Shown piece by piece: positions 1 to 9,142 of a stretch of DNA of 64,000 bases. The position numbers and the translations under genes were made by a program. The stretch is from Bacteroidota bacterium (GTDB lineage Bacteria > Bacteroidota > Bacteroidia > Bacteroidales > GCA-2748055), in NCBI GenBank assembly GCA_051746185.1, contig JBNJEV010000013.1, positions 5,753-69,752 on the forward strand. The letters run 5' to 3'. The notes below the pieces were generated by a model that saw only the letters and a program-made list of their open reading frames with translations, was not told the origin of the DNA and made no database searches. Numbering within the stretch: the stretch's first letter is position 1; the number at the start of each line of letters is the position of its first letter.

Positions 1-534
1 CCAGAAGGCATTATCGATCAAATTGGCCGCCAGTCCGGCCAGAAACAGGTGGATGAAACCGTTGATCCAGAAACTGTTCCTTTTTCTGCGCACATAGAAA
101 CGCCACACTTCGACAAACAGGACCCCGATGATGCTGAACAGAATGATGTTCAGAAGGTGGGATCCCTTTTTCAGTCCGAGCAGAACCCACAGGTAGGAGC
201 CCAGGGTATTCTGGGTGGGTTCGATATAAAAAACCGGTTTGATCAGTGGAATGGAAATGGATTCCCAGTCCAGGGAAAAGAGATAGGCTTTGATACCCTG
301 GTCTATTCCCACGGCCACCAGCAGAAAGATCCAGTTAATACCCTTTCTGACCCTGAACAGGTCCTCGAGGGCGGTGGCCACCAAGGCGACCAGTGAAAGG
401 AAAAGGGCGGGCAGCAAAAAGAACTTCCACAGGTAACCAGGGTCTGTCACCCGTCCGGCGACGGAGTAAATGATCATCACTGCAACCCAGACGGCAAAAA
501 AAATGGTGAAATTCCTGAGATATTTGTTGCCCAT
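1..534 (-). CDS. Integral membrane protein, N-terminus complete, C-terminus runs off the window (weak signal peptidase II-like motif)
   Basis: Not in the ORF track because no stop lies in the window. Manual minus-strand translation from the ATG (534-532) gives MGNKYLRNFTIFFAVWVAVMIIYSV...LLNIILFSIIGVLFVEVW...GFIHLFLAGLAANLIDNAFW, open to position 1. It has several hydrophobic spans. The track ORFs 49..396(+) and 335..568(-) are other frames over it. Confidence 0.5.
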   Translation of the reverse strand, partial: MGNKYLRNFTIFFAVWVAVMIIYSVAGRVTDPGYLWKFFLLPALFLSLVALVATALEDLFRVRKGINWIFLLVAVGIDQGIKAYLFSLDWESISIPLIKPVFYIEPTQNTLGSYLWVLLGLKKGSHLLNIILFSIIGVLFVEVWRFYVRRKRNSFWINGFIHLFLAGLAANLIDNAFW

Positions 535-621
535 GATTGAAATTTTCCCGGCACAACGAATGTAACAAATTTGGAGGATTAAAAATCTTTCCTTTAATTT
601 GACATGCAATAAAATTTCAAC

Positions 622-681
622 ATGAAGACAATCTACACAAGCTGGTGGTGGCAGTTCTGTTTCCGGAAGAACGGAGCATAG
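622..681 (+). CDS. trpL: trp operon leader peptide, MKTIYTSWWWQFCFRKNGA*, with three consecutive Trp codons
   Basis: This is a 19-codon ORF below the track cutoff, with TGG TGG TGG at 643-651. It lies about 100 nt upstream of trpE and is followed by an intrinsic terminator. Confidence 0.7.
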   Translation: MKTIYTSWWWQFCFRKNGA

Positions 682-717
682 ACGGGCCTCAGTTTGTGTG
701 TATCATAAAAAGATATG

Positions 718-750
718 AAAGGCTCCCGCTCCGGCGGGGGCTTTTTTTTT
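718..750 (+). terminator. Attenuator / intrinsic terminator between the leader peptide and trpE
   Basis: Positions 722-729 (GCTCCCGC) pair with 734-741 (GCGGGGGC), including one G-T wobble, around the loop TCCG. A718-720 can extend the stem against T743-745. A run of 9 T (742-750) follows, and the trpE ATG is at 783. Confidence 0.7.
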
Positions 751-782
751 GGGTGTATTTGATCACATTGAAAACAATCAAA

Positions 783-2216
783 ATGGAAAAAATTTCCGTG
801 AAGACCGAATCAAGGCGAATCCTGGCCGATATCATTACCCCGGTAAGCATATACCTGAAAATACGGGATATCTATCCTGATTCCCTTCTTCTGGAGAGCT
901 CCGATTATCACAGCAAGGAGAATTCGTTTTCTTTTATCTGCATGGACCCTCTGGCCGAGTTCATGGTGGACAGGGGAGTCATCCGTATGGTATGGCCCGG
1001 CAGGGAACCTGTGGAGATCAAGGCAGGCTCCGGAGAGCGCGTGGTGGATCACCTTGACCGGTTCATATCTTCATTCGAATTTATGGACGGGGAAGAGGAA
1101 ATGGTCATCGACGGTCTTTTCGGTTACTGCGCATACGATGCAGTACAGTATTTTGAGGAGATCTCATTCACATCGGCGGTATCCGAAAAGGAAGAGATCC
1201 CCGAGATCCGCTACAATTTTTACAGGTTCATCCTTGCTATCAATCACCTGACAAACGAGTTGATCCTCTTTGAAAATATTGTAAATGGGGGTCCCGGCGA
1301 CATCAACAGGGTGGCCACCCTGCTGCATAACCGAAATATCGCCACCTACGGATTTGACATCTCCGGCAGGGAAGGTTCCAATCTGACCGATGAGGATTTT
1401 CGCCGCATGGTAACAAGGGGAAAAGAGCACTGCTATAGGGGAGATGTTTTCCAGATCGTGCTTTCCAGGCAGTATTACCAGTCATTTACCGGAGATGAAT
1501 TCAATGTTTACCGGGCCCTTCGTTCCATCAATCCTTCTCCCTACCTTTTTTATTTTGATTATGGAAGCTACAGGCTTTTCGGGTCCTCACCGGAGGCCCA
1601 GATCGAGGTGAAGGGAGGCAAGGCCTATATCAGTCCCATTGCGGGGACCTTCAGACGCACGGGAAATGACATGGAAGACCAGGAGCTGGCCCGCCGGCTG
1701 GCCCGTGATGAAAAAGAGAATGCGGAACACATCATGCTGGTGGACCTGGCCCGGAATGATCTGAGCCGCACCACGGGGAAAGTAACCGTGGAGGATTACC
1801 GTGAGATCCAGTTCTACTCACATGTGATCCATATGGTGTCCAGGGTCTCGGGTGAGCTTCCCCCTGATGCGAACACGATCCGGATCATGGCAGAATCCTT
1901 TCCTGCGGGAACGCTTTCCGGGGCTCCCAAATACAGGGCCATGGAGCTGATCGACAAATACGAGGGGAAGCGGAGGGGATACTACGGAGGGACCCTGGGA
2001 TTTATCCGCTTCAACGGGGATATCAACCACGCCATCATGATCCGCTCCTTTTTGTCCCGGGATCATGTACTTTACTACCGGGCCGGAGCGGGCATCGTAT
2101 CCGAATCAACAGAAGAAGGCGAACTTCAGGAGGTGAACAATAAACTGGCCGCCCTGAAGTCGGCCATTGAGATGGCCCGGAAGATCTATGAATACCAAGA
2201 AAGAAAAACCACATGA
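783..2216 (+). CDS. trpE: Anthranilate synthase component I
   Basis: The translation is typical TrpE (MEKISVKTESRRILADIITPVSIYLKIRD..., ...GAPKYRAMELIDKYE...GYYGG...). I chose the internal ATG at 783 because the upstream part of the track ORF covers the leader and terminator. Confidence 0.93.
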   Translation: MEKISVKTESRRILADIITPVSIYLKIRDIYPDSLLLESSDYHSKENSFSFICMDPLAEFMVDRGVIRMVWPGREPVEIKAGSGERVVDHLDRFISSFEFMDGEEEMVIDGLFGYCAYDAVQYFEEISFTSAVSEKEEIPEIRYNFYRFILAINHLTNELILFENIVNGGPGDINRVATLLHNRNIATYGFDISGREGSNLTDEDFRRMVTRGKEHCYRGDVFQIVLSRQYYQSFTGDEFNVYRALRSINPSPYLFYFDYGSYRLFGSSPEAQIEVKGGKAYISPIAGTFRRTGNDMEDQELARRLARDEKENAEHIMLVDLARNDLSRTTGKVTVEDYREIQFYSHVIHMVSRVSGELPPDANTIRIMAESFPAGTLSGAPKYRAMELIDKYEGKRRGYYGGTLGFIRFNGDINHAIMIRSFLSRDHVLYYRAGAGIVSESTEEGELQEVNNKLAALKSAIEMARKIYEYQERKTT

Positions 2217-2788
2217 AGATCCTGGTACTGGATAATTACGACTCCTTCACCTACAACCTGGTGCAGTATATCGAACGGGTCTTGAAAGGACCGGTCGATG
2301 TGAGGCGGAATGATCAGATTTCACTGGATGAGGTTGCTGCCTATGATAAGATCCTGATCAGTCCGGGTCCGGGTATCCCCGTGGAGGCCGGGATCACCAT
2401 CGATCTGATCAGAAGATACGGTCCCTCCCGCAGCATTCTTGGGGTCTGTCTGGGGCACCAGGCCATCGGAGAGGCTTACGGCGGATCGATTAAAAACCTG
2501 GACAGAGTATACCACGGGGTGGCGGGGGAGATCAGGCAGACGGTTTCCGACGAGAAACTGTTCTCGGGTGTTCCCGAAATATTTGAAGCCGGAAGATATC
2601 ACTCATGGGTATTGGAAATGGAGACCCTTCCGGGGGAACTGGAAATCACCGCCGAGAGCAGCGAGGGACATATCATGGCGGTCAGGCACCGGGAACATGA
2701 TGTAAGGGGGGTCCAGTTCCATCCCGAATCGATCCTCACCGAATACGGAGGCCTGATGGTTTTGAATTGGTTAAATGTAAAATGTTAG
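2213..2788 (+). CDS. trpG: Anthranilate synthase component II (glutamine amidotransferase)
   Basis: MKILVLDNYDSFTYNLVQY...GVCLGHQAI...VQFHPES is a class I GATase. The start overlaps the trpE stop as ATGA. Confidence 0.93.
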   Translation: MKILVLDNYDSFTYNLVQYIERVLKGPVDVRRNDQISLDEVAAYDKILISPGPGIPVEAGITIDLIRRYGPSRSILGVCLGHQAIGEAYGGSIKNLDRVYHGVAGEIRQTVSDEKLFSGVPEIFEAGRYHSWVLEMETLPGELEITAESSEGHIMAVRHREHDVRGVQFHPESILTEYGGLMVLNWLNVKC

Positions 2789-2824
2789 TAGTTAGGAAGT
2801 TAGAGGAGTTAGAAAAGTTAGGGG
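2784..2824. repeat. GTTAG array (5 copies, 7-9 nt spacing) ending GTTAGGGG, in the trpG-trpD spacer
   Basis: GTTAG occurs at 2784, 2791, 2799, 2808 and 2817 (gttagtagttaggaagttagaggagttagaaaagttagggggg). It has the same motif and the same terminal GTTAGGGG as the array at 54766-54909. Confidence 0.6.
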
Positions 2825-2867
2825 GGTAAAAAAGACCATTTGACGATCATAATAAAGTACAGATACC

Positions 2868-3860
2868 ATGAAAGACATCCTGCTTTATCTGTTCGATTAC
2901 AAAGCCCTGAACAAGGACGATGCCAAGCTGGTCCTCAGGAATATTGCCGGCGGGAAATACAATGAGGCGGAGATTGCCGCTTTTATTTCCGTCTACCTGA
3001 TGCGCAGCATTACCGTGGAAGAGCTGTCGGGTTTCAGGGATGCCCTGCTCGAACTGTGTTTGCCCGTCGATCTTTCTGAATTCAACACCATCGACGTGTG
3101 CGGGACCGGGGGGGATGGGAAGAACACCTTTAATATCAGCACCCTGACTGCATTCGTGGTGGCAGGTGCCGGCGAGAAGGTGGCCAAGCACGGGAATTAC
3201 GGGGTGTCGTCGGCCTGCGGATCCTCCAACCTTCTGGAGCACTACGGGTACAAGTTTTCCAGCGACAGGGACAAACTCAGGCATGAGATCGACCGGTACA
3301 ATATCTGTTTCCTGCATGCCCCTCTTTTCAATCCCGCCATGAAAAATGTGGCCCCGGTCCGCCGGAGCCTCCGCATCAAGACCTTCTTCAACATGCTCGG
3401 GCCCATGGTCAATCCGGGTTTCCCTCAGAACCAGCTGGTGGGGGTGTACAGCCTTGACGTGGCCAGGCTCTACAATTATATTTACCAGGACTCCGGGAAA
3501 CAGTACTGCATCATCCATTCGCTGGACGGCTATGACGAGATCTCCCTGACAGGAGAATTCAGGGCACTGACCCTTCAGACCGAGCGTTCACTATCACCTG
3601 CCGATCTGGGATTGCTGCGGGTGAAAGGGGAGGATATATCCGGGGGAAGCACTGTTGAGGATGCGGCCTCCACTTTTATGAGGATCCTGCAGGGGGAGGG
3701 GACTGCCGCCCAGAATGATGTGGTGATTGCCAATTCGGCCTATGCGCTCTATTGCATGGACGAATCCCGGGGGATCGAAAAGTGCCTGGAACGCGCAAAG
3801 CACTCACTGGGATCGGGATCGGCTTTAAAGGCATTTAAAAACCTGGTGGAGGACCAATGA
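2868..3860 (+). CDS. trpD: Anthranilate phosphoribosyltransferase
   Basis: The sequence ...DVCGTGGDGKNTFNISTL...KHGNYGVSS... is characteristic of TrpD, and the gene sits in the trp operon. Confidence 0.93.
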   Translation: MKDILLYLFDYKALNKDDAKLVLRNIAGGKYNEAEIAAFISVYLMRSITVEELSGFRDALLELCLPVDLSEFNTIDVCGTGGDGKNTFNISTLTAFVVAGAGEKVAKHGNYGVSSACGSSNLLEHYGYKFSSDRDKLRHEIDRYNICFLHAPLFNPAMKNVAPVRRSLRIKTFFNMLGPMVNPGFPQNQLVGVYSLDVARLYNYIYQDSGKQYCIIHSLDGYDEISLTGEFRALTLQTERSLSPADLGLLRVKGEDISGGSTVEDAASTFMRILQGEGTAAQNDVVIANSAYALYCMDESRGIEKCLERAKHSLGSGSALKAFKNLVEDQ

Positions 3861-3861
3861 G

Positions 3862-4662
3862 ATGAATATCCTGCAAACGATCGTGCAAAACAAAAGGGCG
3901 GAGATCCTGGAAATGAAGAAGAAAAATCCTCTTTCCAGCTTTGAGACCTTTCCTGCTTACCGCAGATCCGCCAACCGTATCGATGCCGGAATGGTGGAGG
4001 ATTGTCCGGGCATCATTGCAGAATTCAAGCGCAGATCCCCATCGAAAGGCTCCCTGAATGAAGAGGCCCTCCCGGTGGAGGTGGCAGGGGGATACCGCGA
4101 AGCGGGTGCAGCGGCCATGAGCATCCTGACCGACCGCAAATTTTTCGGAGGTTCTTTCAGGGATCTGCTTGATGTGCGGAATGAATTTCCCGACCTGACA
4201 CTGCTGAGGAAGGATTTTATCGTGGATCCGTACCAGCTTCATGAAGCAAGGGCTTACGGAGCGGATATGGTGCTGCTGATCGCATCCCTGCTGGACCGGC
4301 AGCAGGTGGCGGATTTGGCCGTGGAAGCAGGGACACTGGGGCTCCAGGTGCTGTTTGAAGTGCATGAAGCCCGGGAACTGGAAAAATATCATCCTTCCAT
4401 TGCCCTGGTGGGGGTGAACAACAGGGACCTGAATACATTCAGGGTGGATACGGGGAAGAGCAGGGAACTGATCCGCCTGATGCCCGAAGGGGTCCTGGCG
4501 GTTTCGGAAAGCGGGATCAGCCGGATGGAGGACATACAAATGCTCTGGGAGAGCGGCTTCAAATTATTTTTGGTTGGAGAAACCCTGATGGTGCAGAAAG
4601 ATCCCGGTAAGGCCTGTAAGGATCTGATCGAAAAAATCAAAGCACAATGTTCCGTCCATTGA
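3862..4662 (+). CDS. trpC: Indole-3-glycerol phosphate synthase
   Basis: ...IIAEFKRRSPSKG...AAMSILTD..FFGGS...LRKDFIVDPYQ... is characteristic of TrpC. The gene starts 2 nt after the trpD stop. Confidence 0.93.
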   Translation: MNILQTIVQNKRAEILEMKKKNPLSSFETFPAYRRSANRIDAGMVEDCPGIIAEFKRRSPSKGSLNEEALPVEVAGGYREAGAAAMSILTDRKFFGGSFRDLLDVRNEFPDLTLLRKDFIVDPYQLHEARAYGADMVLLIASLLDRQQVADLAVEAGTLGLQVLFEVHEARELEKYHPSIALVGVNNRDLNTFRVDTGKSRELIRLMPEGVLAVSESGISRMEDIQMLWESGFKLFLVGETLMVQKDPGKACKDLIEKIKAQCSVH

Positions 4663-5288
4663 AAATAAAAGTATGCGGATTGCGCGATCCCGGCAATACT
4701 GAACAGGTATGCGGACTGGGTCCCGATTATGTGGGCTATATCTTCTATCCGCCTTCAAAACGTTACGTAGGGGTGCATCCTGATCCGGCCATTTTCGGGA
4801 TCCCCCGGGAGCCGGTCAGAAAAGTGGGTGTTTTTGTGAACGAGGAGATCCTTTCTGTACAGCGAATCTTTGAGAAATGCCGTCTTGACCTGGTACAGCT
4901 CCACGGAGAGGAATCCCCGGAATACTGCATGCGGCTGAACCGGTCCGGGATCCCGGTCATCAAGACATTCCATCCTGGAAAGGACCCGGGGCAGGAGAGC
5001 TATTCGGATTATGTGGGGCAGGCGAATTATTTGTTATTCGACAACCGGGAGAACGGGTACGGAGGGACCGGCAGCCGTTTTGACTGGGAGTTGCTCCACC
5101 GGTATTCCATCCCTTTCCCCTTTATCCTGAGCGGAGGCATCGGGCCGGAAGATGTCCCGGCGATCAGGAAGCTGGGGCATGAATGGCTTTACGGGGTGGA
5201 TGTAAACAGCAGGTTCGAGACCTCACCCGGGGTGAAAGACATACAATGGCTCGAGGATTTTATCGGTGCGATCAGAAAAACAGAATAG
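4647..5288 (+). CDS. trpF: Phosphoribosylanthranilate isomerase
   Basis: MFRPLKIKVCGL...VQLHGEE... matches TrpF. It overlaps the trpC end by 16 nt. Confidence 0.9.
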   Translation: MFRPLKIKVCGLRDPGNTEQVCGLGPDYVGYIFYPPSKRYVGVHPDPAIFGIPREPVRKVGVFVNEEILSVQRIFEKCRLDLVQLHGEESPEYCMRLNRSGIPVIKTFHPGKDPGQESYSDYVGQANYLLFDNRENGYGGTGSRFDWELLHRYSIPFPFILSGGIGPEDVPAIRKLGHEWLYGVDVNSRFETSPGVKDIQWLEDFIGAIRKTE

Positions 5289-5289
5289 C

Positions 5290-6471
5290 ATGAAGTATAA
5301 CGTCAACCAGAGAGGTTTTTACGGAGAGTACGGGGGAGCCTATATCCCGGAAATGCTTTATCCCAATATCAGGGAGCTGGAGGAGAATTATCTGAAAATC
5401 ATCCACTCCGGAATGTTCCGGAAGGAATTCGGGATGCTGCTGAGGGATTTTGCGGGAAGGCCCACCCCGCTGTATGAGGCCCATCGCCTCTCCGAACATT
5501 ACCATACCCGTATTTTTCTGAAACGGGAAGATTTGAACCATACGGGGGCCCACAAGATCAATAATACCGTGGGACAGATCCTGATGGCCGGACACCTTGG
5601 AAAGAAAAGGATCATCGCTGAAACCGGTGCCGGACAGCACGGGGTGGCCACTGCAACGGTGTGTGCAAGGGCCGGGCTGCAATGCATCGTCTATATGGGA
5701 CAGCTGGATGTGGAGCGCCAGGCACCCAATGTCAAGAAGATGAAGATGCTCGGTGCTGAGGTGATCCCCGTTCACAGCGGAAATAAAACCCTGAAGGATG
5801 CCACCAATGAAGCGATCAGGGACTGGATCAACCATCCGGCCGATACCCATTACATCATCGGGTCGGTGGTGGGACCTCATCCCTATCCCGACATGGTCAC
5901 CCGTTTTCAGTCGGTGATCTCCGGGGAGATGAAATACCAGTTACAGGAAAGGATAGACCGGGACTATCCCGATTATATCCTGGCCTGTGTGGGAGGCGGA
6001 AGCAATGCGGCAGGTGCCTATTACCATTACCTGGACCGCGAGGAGGTGAAGCTGATCTCCGTGGAGGCAGCCGGAAAGGGGATTGACAGCGGTTTCACCT
6101 CGGCCACTTCCCTGGTGGGCAGTCCGGGGATCATTCACGGGAGCAGGACCATGCTCATGCAGAACGGGGATGGTCAGATCGAGGAGCCCTATTCGGTTTC
6201 GGCGGGTCTCGATTACCCGGGAGTCGGGCCGCTTCTGGCCTGTCTGGCGGGGACCGGAAGGGCTTCCGTGTATGCCGCTAGCGACGAGCAGGCTCTCAGG
6301 GCGGCCCTTTTCTGTACGAGGAAAGAGGGGATCATCCCGGCGCTGGAAACGGCACATGCACTGGCGGCCCTCGAAATGATCCCTTTCAGGCAGGAGGATG
6401 TGGTGGTGGTGAATCTTTCCGGAAGGGGGGACAAGGATATGGAAACCTATATTGAAGAACTCGGAATTTAG
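5290..6471 (+). CDS. trpB: Tryptophan synthase beta chain
   Basis: ...GRPTPLYEA..L......IFLKREDLNHTGAHKINN...GGGSNAAG... matches TrpB. I chose the ATG at 5290, just after the trpF stop (5286-5288). Confidence 0.93.
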   Translation: MKYNVNQRGFYGEYGGAYIPEMLYPNIRELEENYLKIIHSGMFRKEFGMLLRDFAGRPTPLYEAHRLSEHYHTRIFLKREDLNHTGAHKINNTVGQILMAGHLGKKRIIAETGAGQHGVATATVCARAGLQCIVYMGQLDVERQAPNVKKMKMLGAEVIPVHSGNKTLKDATNEAIRDWINHPADTHYIIGSVVGPHPYPDMVTRFQSVISGEMKYQLQERIDRDYPDYILACVGGGSNAAGAYYHYLDREEVKLISVEAAGKGIDSGFTSATSLVGSPGIIHGSRTMLMQNGDGQIEEPYSVSAGLDYPGVGPLLACLAGTGRASVYAASDEQALRAALFCTRKEGIIPALETAHALAALEMIPFRQEDVVVVNLSGRGDKDMETYIEELGI

Positions 6472-6482
6472 GAGGTTACAAG

Positions 6483-7259
6483 GTGAACAGAATCGATCAA
6501 TTATTCAGTGAGAAGGAAGGAGAGATCCTTTCGGTGTATATGACAGCGGGATTCCCGGGCCTGGAAGACACCCCGGAAATGATCCGGTCCCTGCAGGATC
6601 ACGGGACGGACCTGGTGGAGATCGGGATCCCTTTTTCAGATCCGCTGGCCGACGGACCGGTTATTCAGCGGAGCAGTCAAACTGCCCTCAAAAACGGCAT
6701 TTCCCTCGGCCTTCTTTTCGAACAGCTGACAGGGATCCGGAAAAGTGTCAAAATCCCCCTCATCCTCATGGGATACCTGAACCCCATTCTCCGGTTCGGG
6801 ATGGATCGTTTTCTGACCGCCTGCAGCGAAACCGGGATTGACGGGGCCATCATACCCGATCTTCCGCTGGACGAATATGAAACCGTCTACAGAGGCCTTT
6901 TTAAGGAACATTGCATTCACCATGTCCTTCTGATCACCCCGCAAACCCCGTCCGACAGGATCAGCAGGATCGTTGGGCTTTCCGACGGTTTTATCTATAT
7001 GGTAGCCGATGCCTCCACCACCGGGGCAAAAGATTCCATCCGGCCGGCACAGATCGGGTATTTCCGTCGCATCAGTAAGATGGAACTCGGCAGGCCGGCA
7101 TTGATCGGATTCGGGATCTCCAGCCATCAGACGTTCATGACCGCCTGCAGGTATGCCCGCGGTGCCATTATCGGAAGCGCTTTTATCAGGATGCTGGAAG
7201 AGAAAGGATTCTCGGATCAGAACGTGAGAAGCTTTCTTCGTTCCATCCGGCAGGGGTGA
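6483..7259 (+). CDS. trpA: Tryptophan synthase alpha chain (GTG start)
   Basis: VNRIDQLF...YMTAGFPG...VEIGIPFSDPLADGPVIQ... matches TrpA. It is the last gene of the operon. Confidence 0.92.
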   Translation: MNRIDQLFSEKEGEILSVYMTAGFPGLEDTPEMIRSLQDHGTDLVEIGIPFSDPLADGPVIQRSSQTALKNGISLGLLFEQLTGIRKSVKIPLILMGYLNPILRFGMDRFLTACSETGIDGAIIPDLPLDEYETVYRGLFKEHCIHHVLLITPQTPSDRISRIVGLSDGFIYMVADASTTGAKDSIRPAQIGYFRRISKMELGRPALIGFGISSHQTFMTACRYARGAIIGSAFIRMLEEKGFSDQNVRSFLRSIRQG

Positions 7260-7377
7260 GTATGATCATTCGGTCAAATCTGTAAAAAATATTAAAATTG
7301 GCGAACTGATGCAACAATTCATGACAATACTTGTTTAATGTTATAAATAAAAAATTAAACAATAAAACACCAAAGTC

Positions 7378-8058
7378 ATGAAAAGAATAAGTATAATCCC
7401 AATACTGGTCCTTATCGCAGCAGGAGGAACGACCTTCGCCGGGACTGCCGAAGAGATGAACGAAGAAGAAAAGGACAAACCCGGGCCCGCCTACGATCTT
7501 ACGAATTCCGCGAGTACGCTGTACTGGGAAGGATATAAACCCGGAGGCATGCACCACGGCACGGTAGAAGTGGTGACGGGTGATGCCCTTACCGACGGAA
7601 ACATGATCACGGGAGGCACCTTTGAAATTGACCTCACCACCATTCGAAACGATGATATCGGGAACGATGGGATGAGGAACAGGCTGGTTAATCACCTGAA
7701 GTCGAAGGATTTCTTCTACATTGAGGAGTTTCCCAGGGCGTATTTCGAGATCACAGGGGTTCGGCCGGTTGAAGCCTCTGCCGGTGATGTGCCGGAAAAT
7801 TCCACCCATATGGTAACGGGCGATATGACCATCCGGGGCAATACCCATGAGATCTCATTTCCAGCTGAGATAACCATGGAAGAACAGATGATCCGTGCCC
7901 AAACAGGGAAGATCAAACTGAACAGGACACGATGGGAGGTAAACCACATGTCAAAATCGGTATTCGGCGGACTGAAAGACAATTTTATCAATGATGAAAT
8001 GGTCGTGAAGCTGGACCTTCGTTTTGACCGCCGGACTGCAGGACAGCGTGGTCAATGA
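7378..8058 (+). CDS. YceI-like periplasmic/secreted protein
   Basis: It has a signal peptide (MKRISIIPILVLIAAGGTTFAGT) and a YceI-type core (...GTFEIDLTTI...KSKDFFYIEEFPRAYFEITGV...GNTHEISFPAEI...). The 3' end overlaps the ddl 3' end. Confidence 0.75.
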   Translation: MKRISIIPILVLIAAGGTTFAGTAEEMNEEEKDKPGPAYDLTNSASTLYWEGYKPGGMHHGTVEVVTGDALTDGNMITGGTFEIDLTTIRNDDIGNDGMRNRLVNHLKSKDFFYIEEFPRAYFEITGVRPVEASAGDVPENSTHMVTGDMTIRGNTHEISFPAEITMEEQMIRAQTGKIKLNRTRWEVNHMSKSVFGGLKDNFINDEMVVKLDLRFDRRTAGQRGQ

Positions 8059-9004
8059 CACGCTGCAGAACCGCTTCCATGGGGATCCCCGCGCATTCGA
8101 CCTGCTGGGGCACAATGCTTTCGGCGGTCATGCCGGGGATTGAATTCAGTTCAAGGAAATACATCTGGTTCCCTTTGATGATGAAATCAACCCGGATAAG
8201 ACCGGAGGAATCCGTCAGTTCATAGATCGTTGAGGCCAGATGCTGGCATTTTCTGCTCATTTCATCATTGATCCGGGCAGGTGTGATCTCATCCGCCATT
8301 CCACGTGTGTACTTCGCCTCGTAATCGAAGAATTCATTTTTTGAAACGATCTCGGTGATGGGGAATACCGTAAATCCCTCGCCGGTCTTCATCAGTCCGC
8401 AGGTCACTTCCGTTCCTTTGATGTACCGTTCAATGATCACTTCATCATCTTCATTCAGAGCGGCCTGAATGGCAGATTGGAGTTCTTCAAATTTCATCAC
8501 TTTGGCAATCCCGAAACTGGATCCGCCGTTGTTGGGTTTGACAAAGCAGGGAATACCCACCTTTTCGGCAATTTCTTCAAGATCCGTCTCCATGTCCCTT
8601 TTCACCAGGCAGGCTTCGGGTGTGAGTATCTGCAGCTGTTTAAGGTAAGTTTTACAGATGTACTTGTTGAAAGTCAGGGCAGAGGAAAGATGGTTGGAGG
8701 TATTGTATGGAATGCCCATCATGTCAAGGTATCCCTGCAATTTGCCATCCTCGCCGGGGGTGCCGTGGATCATGTTCCATGCGAAATCAAATATGACATA
8801 ACCCTCTTCCCCCAGGAACCCGAACCTGTCCTTGTCCACCCGGAAGATCCTGTCCCCCTCCCGGATGCTCCAGTCGGCACCTGTGATCACCACTGTATAA
8901 CAGGTATGACCGGCCTTTTCCAGCCAGTTTTTCACCTGGGCGGCACTCTTTACGGAAATCACATGCTCTGAAGAATCTCCTCCTGATAATATTGCGATTC
9001 TCAT
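7988..9004 (-). CDS. ddl: D-alanine--D-alanine ligase
   Basis: MRIAILSGGDSSEHVISVKSA...HGTPGEDGKLQGYLDMMGIPY...CFVKPNNGGSSFG...FLELNSIPGMT... matches Ddl. Confidence 0.93.
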   Translation of the reverse strand: MRIAILSGGDSSEHVISVKSAAQVKNWLEKAGHTCYTVVITGADWSIREGDRIFRVDKDRFGFLGEEGYVIFDFAWNMIHGTPGEDGKLQGYLDMMGIPYNTSNHLSSALTFNKYICKTYLKQLQILTPEACLVKRDMETDLEEIAEKVGIPCFVKPNNGGSSFGIAKVMKFEELQSAIQAALNEDDEVIIERYIKGTEVTCGLMKTGEGFTVFPITEIVSKNEFFDYEAKYTRGMADEITPARINDEMSRKCQHLASTIYELTDSSGLIRVDFIIKGNQMYFLELNSIPGMTAESIVPQQVECAGIPMEAVLQRVIDHAVLQSGGQNEGPASRPFHH

Positions 9005-9142
9005 GGGTTCATAATAAATGACCTGCCGTCTCTTAATTAAAGGTACTATCTTTTATACGAATCAGGGACACCTTCGGGGCCCCATTTTTGACGAATGTTT
9101 TCACTTATCCACGAACATATCTAATTATTAGACTATTAGAGG

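Noticed and set aside
49-568. Track ORFs 49..396(+) and 335..568(-).
   Set aside because: Both are alternative frames over a longer minus-strand membrane-protein ORF (534 to 1, open to the window edge). That ORF has coherent hydrophobic segments and a sensible start facing the trp promoter region.
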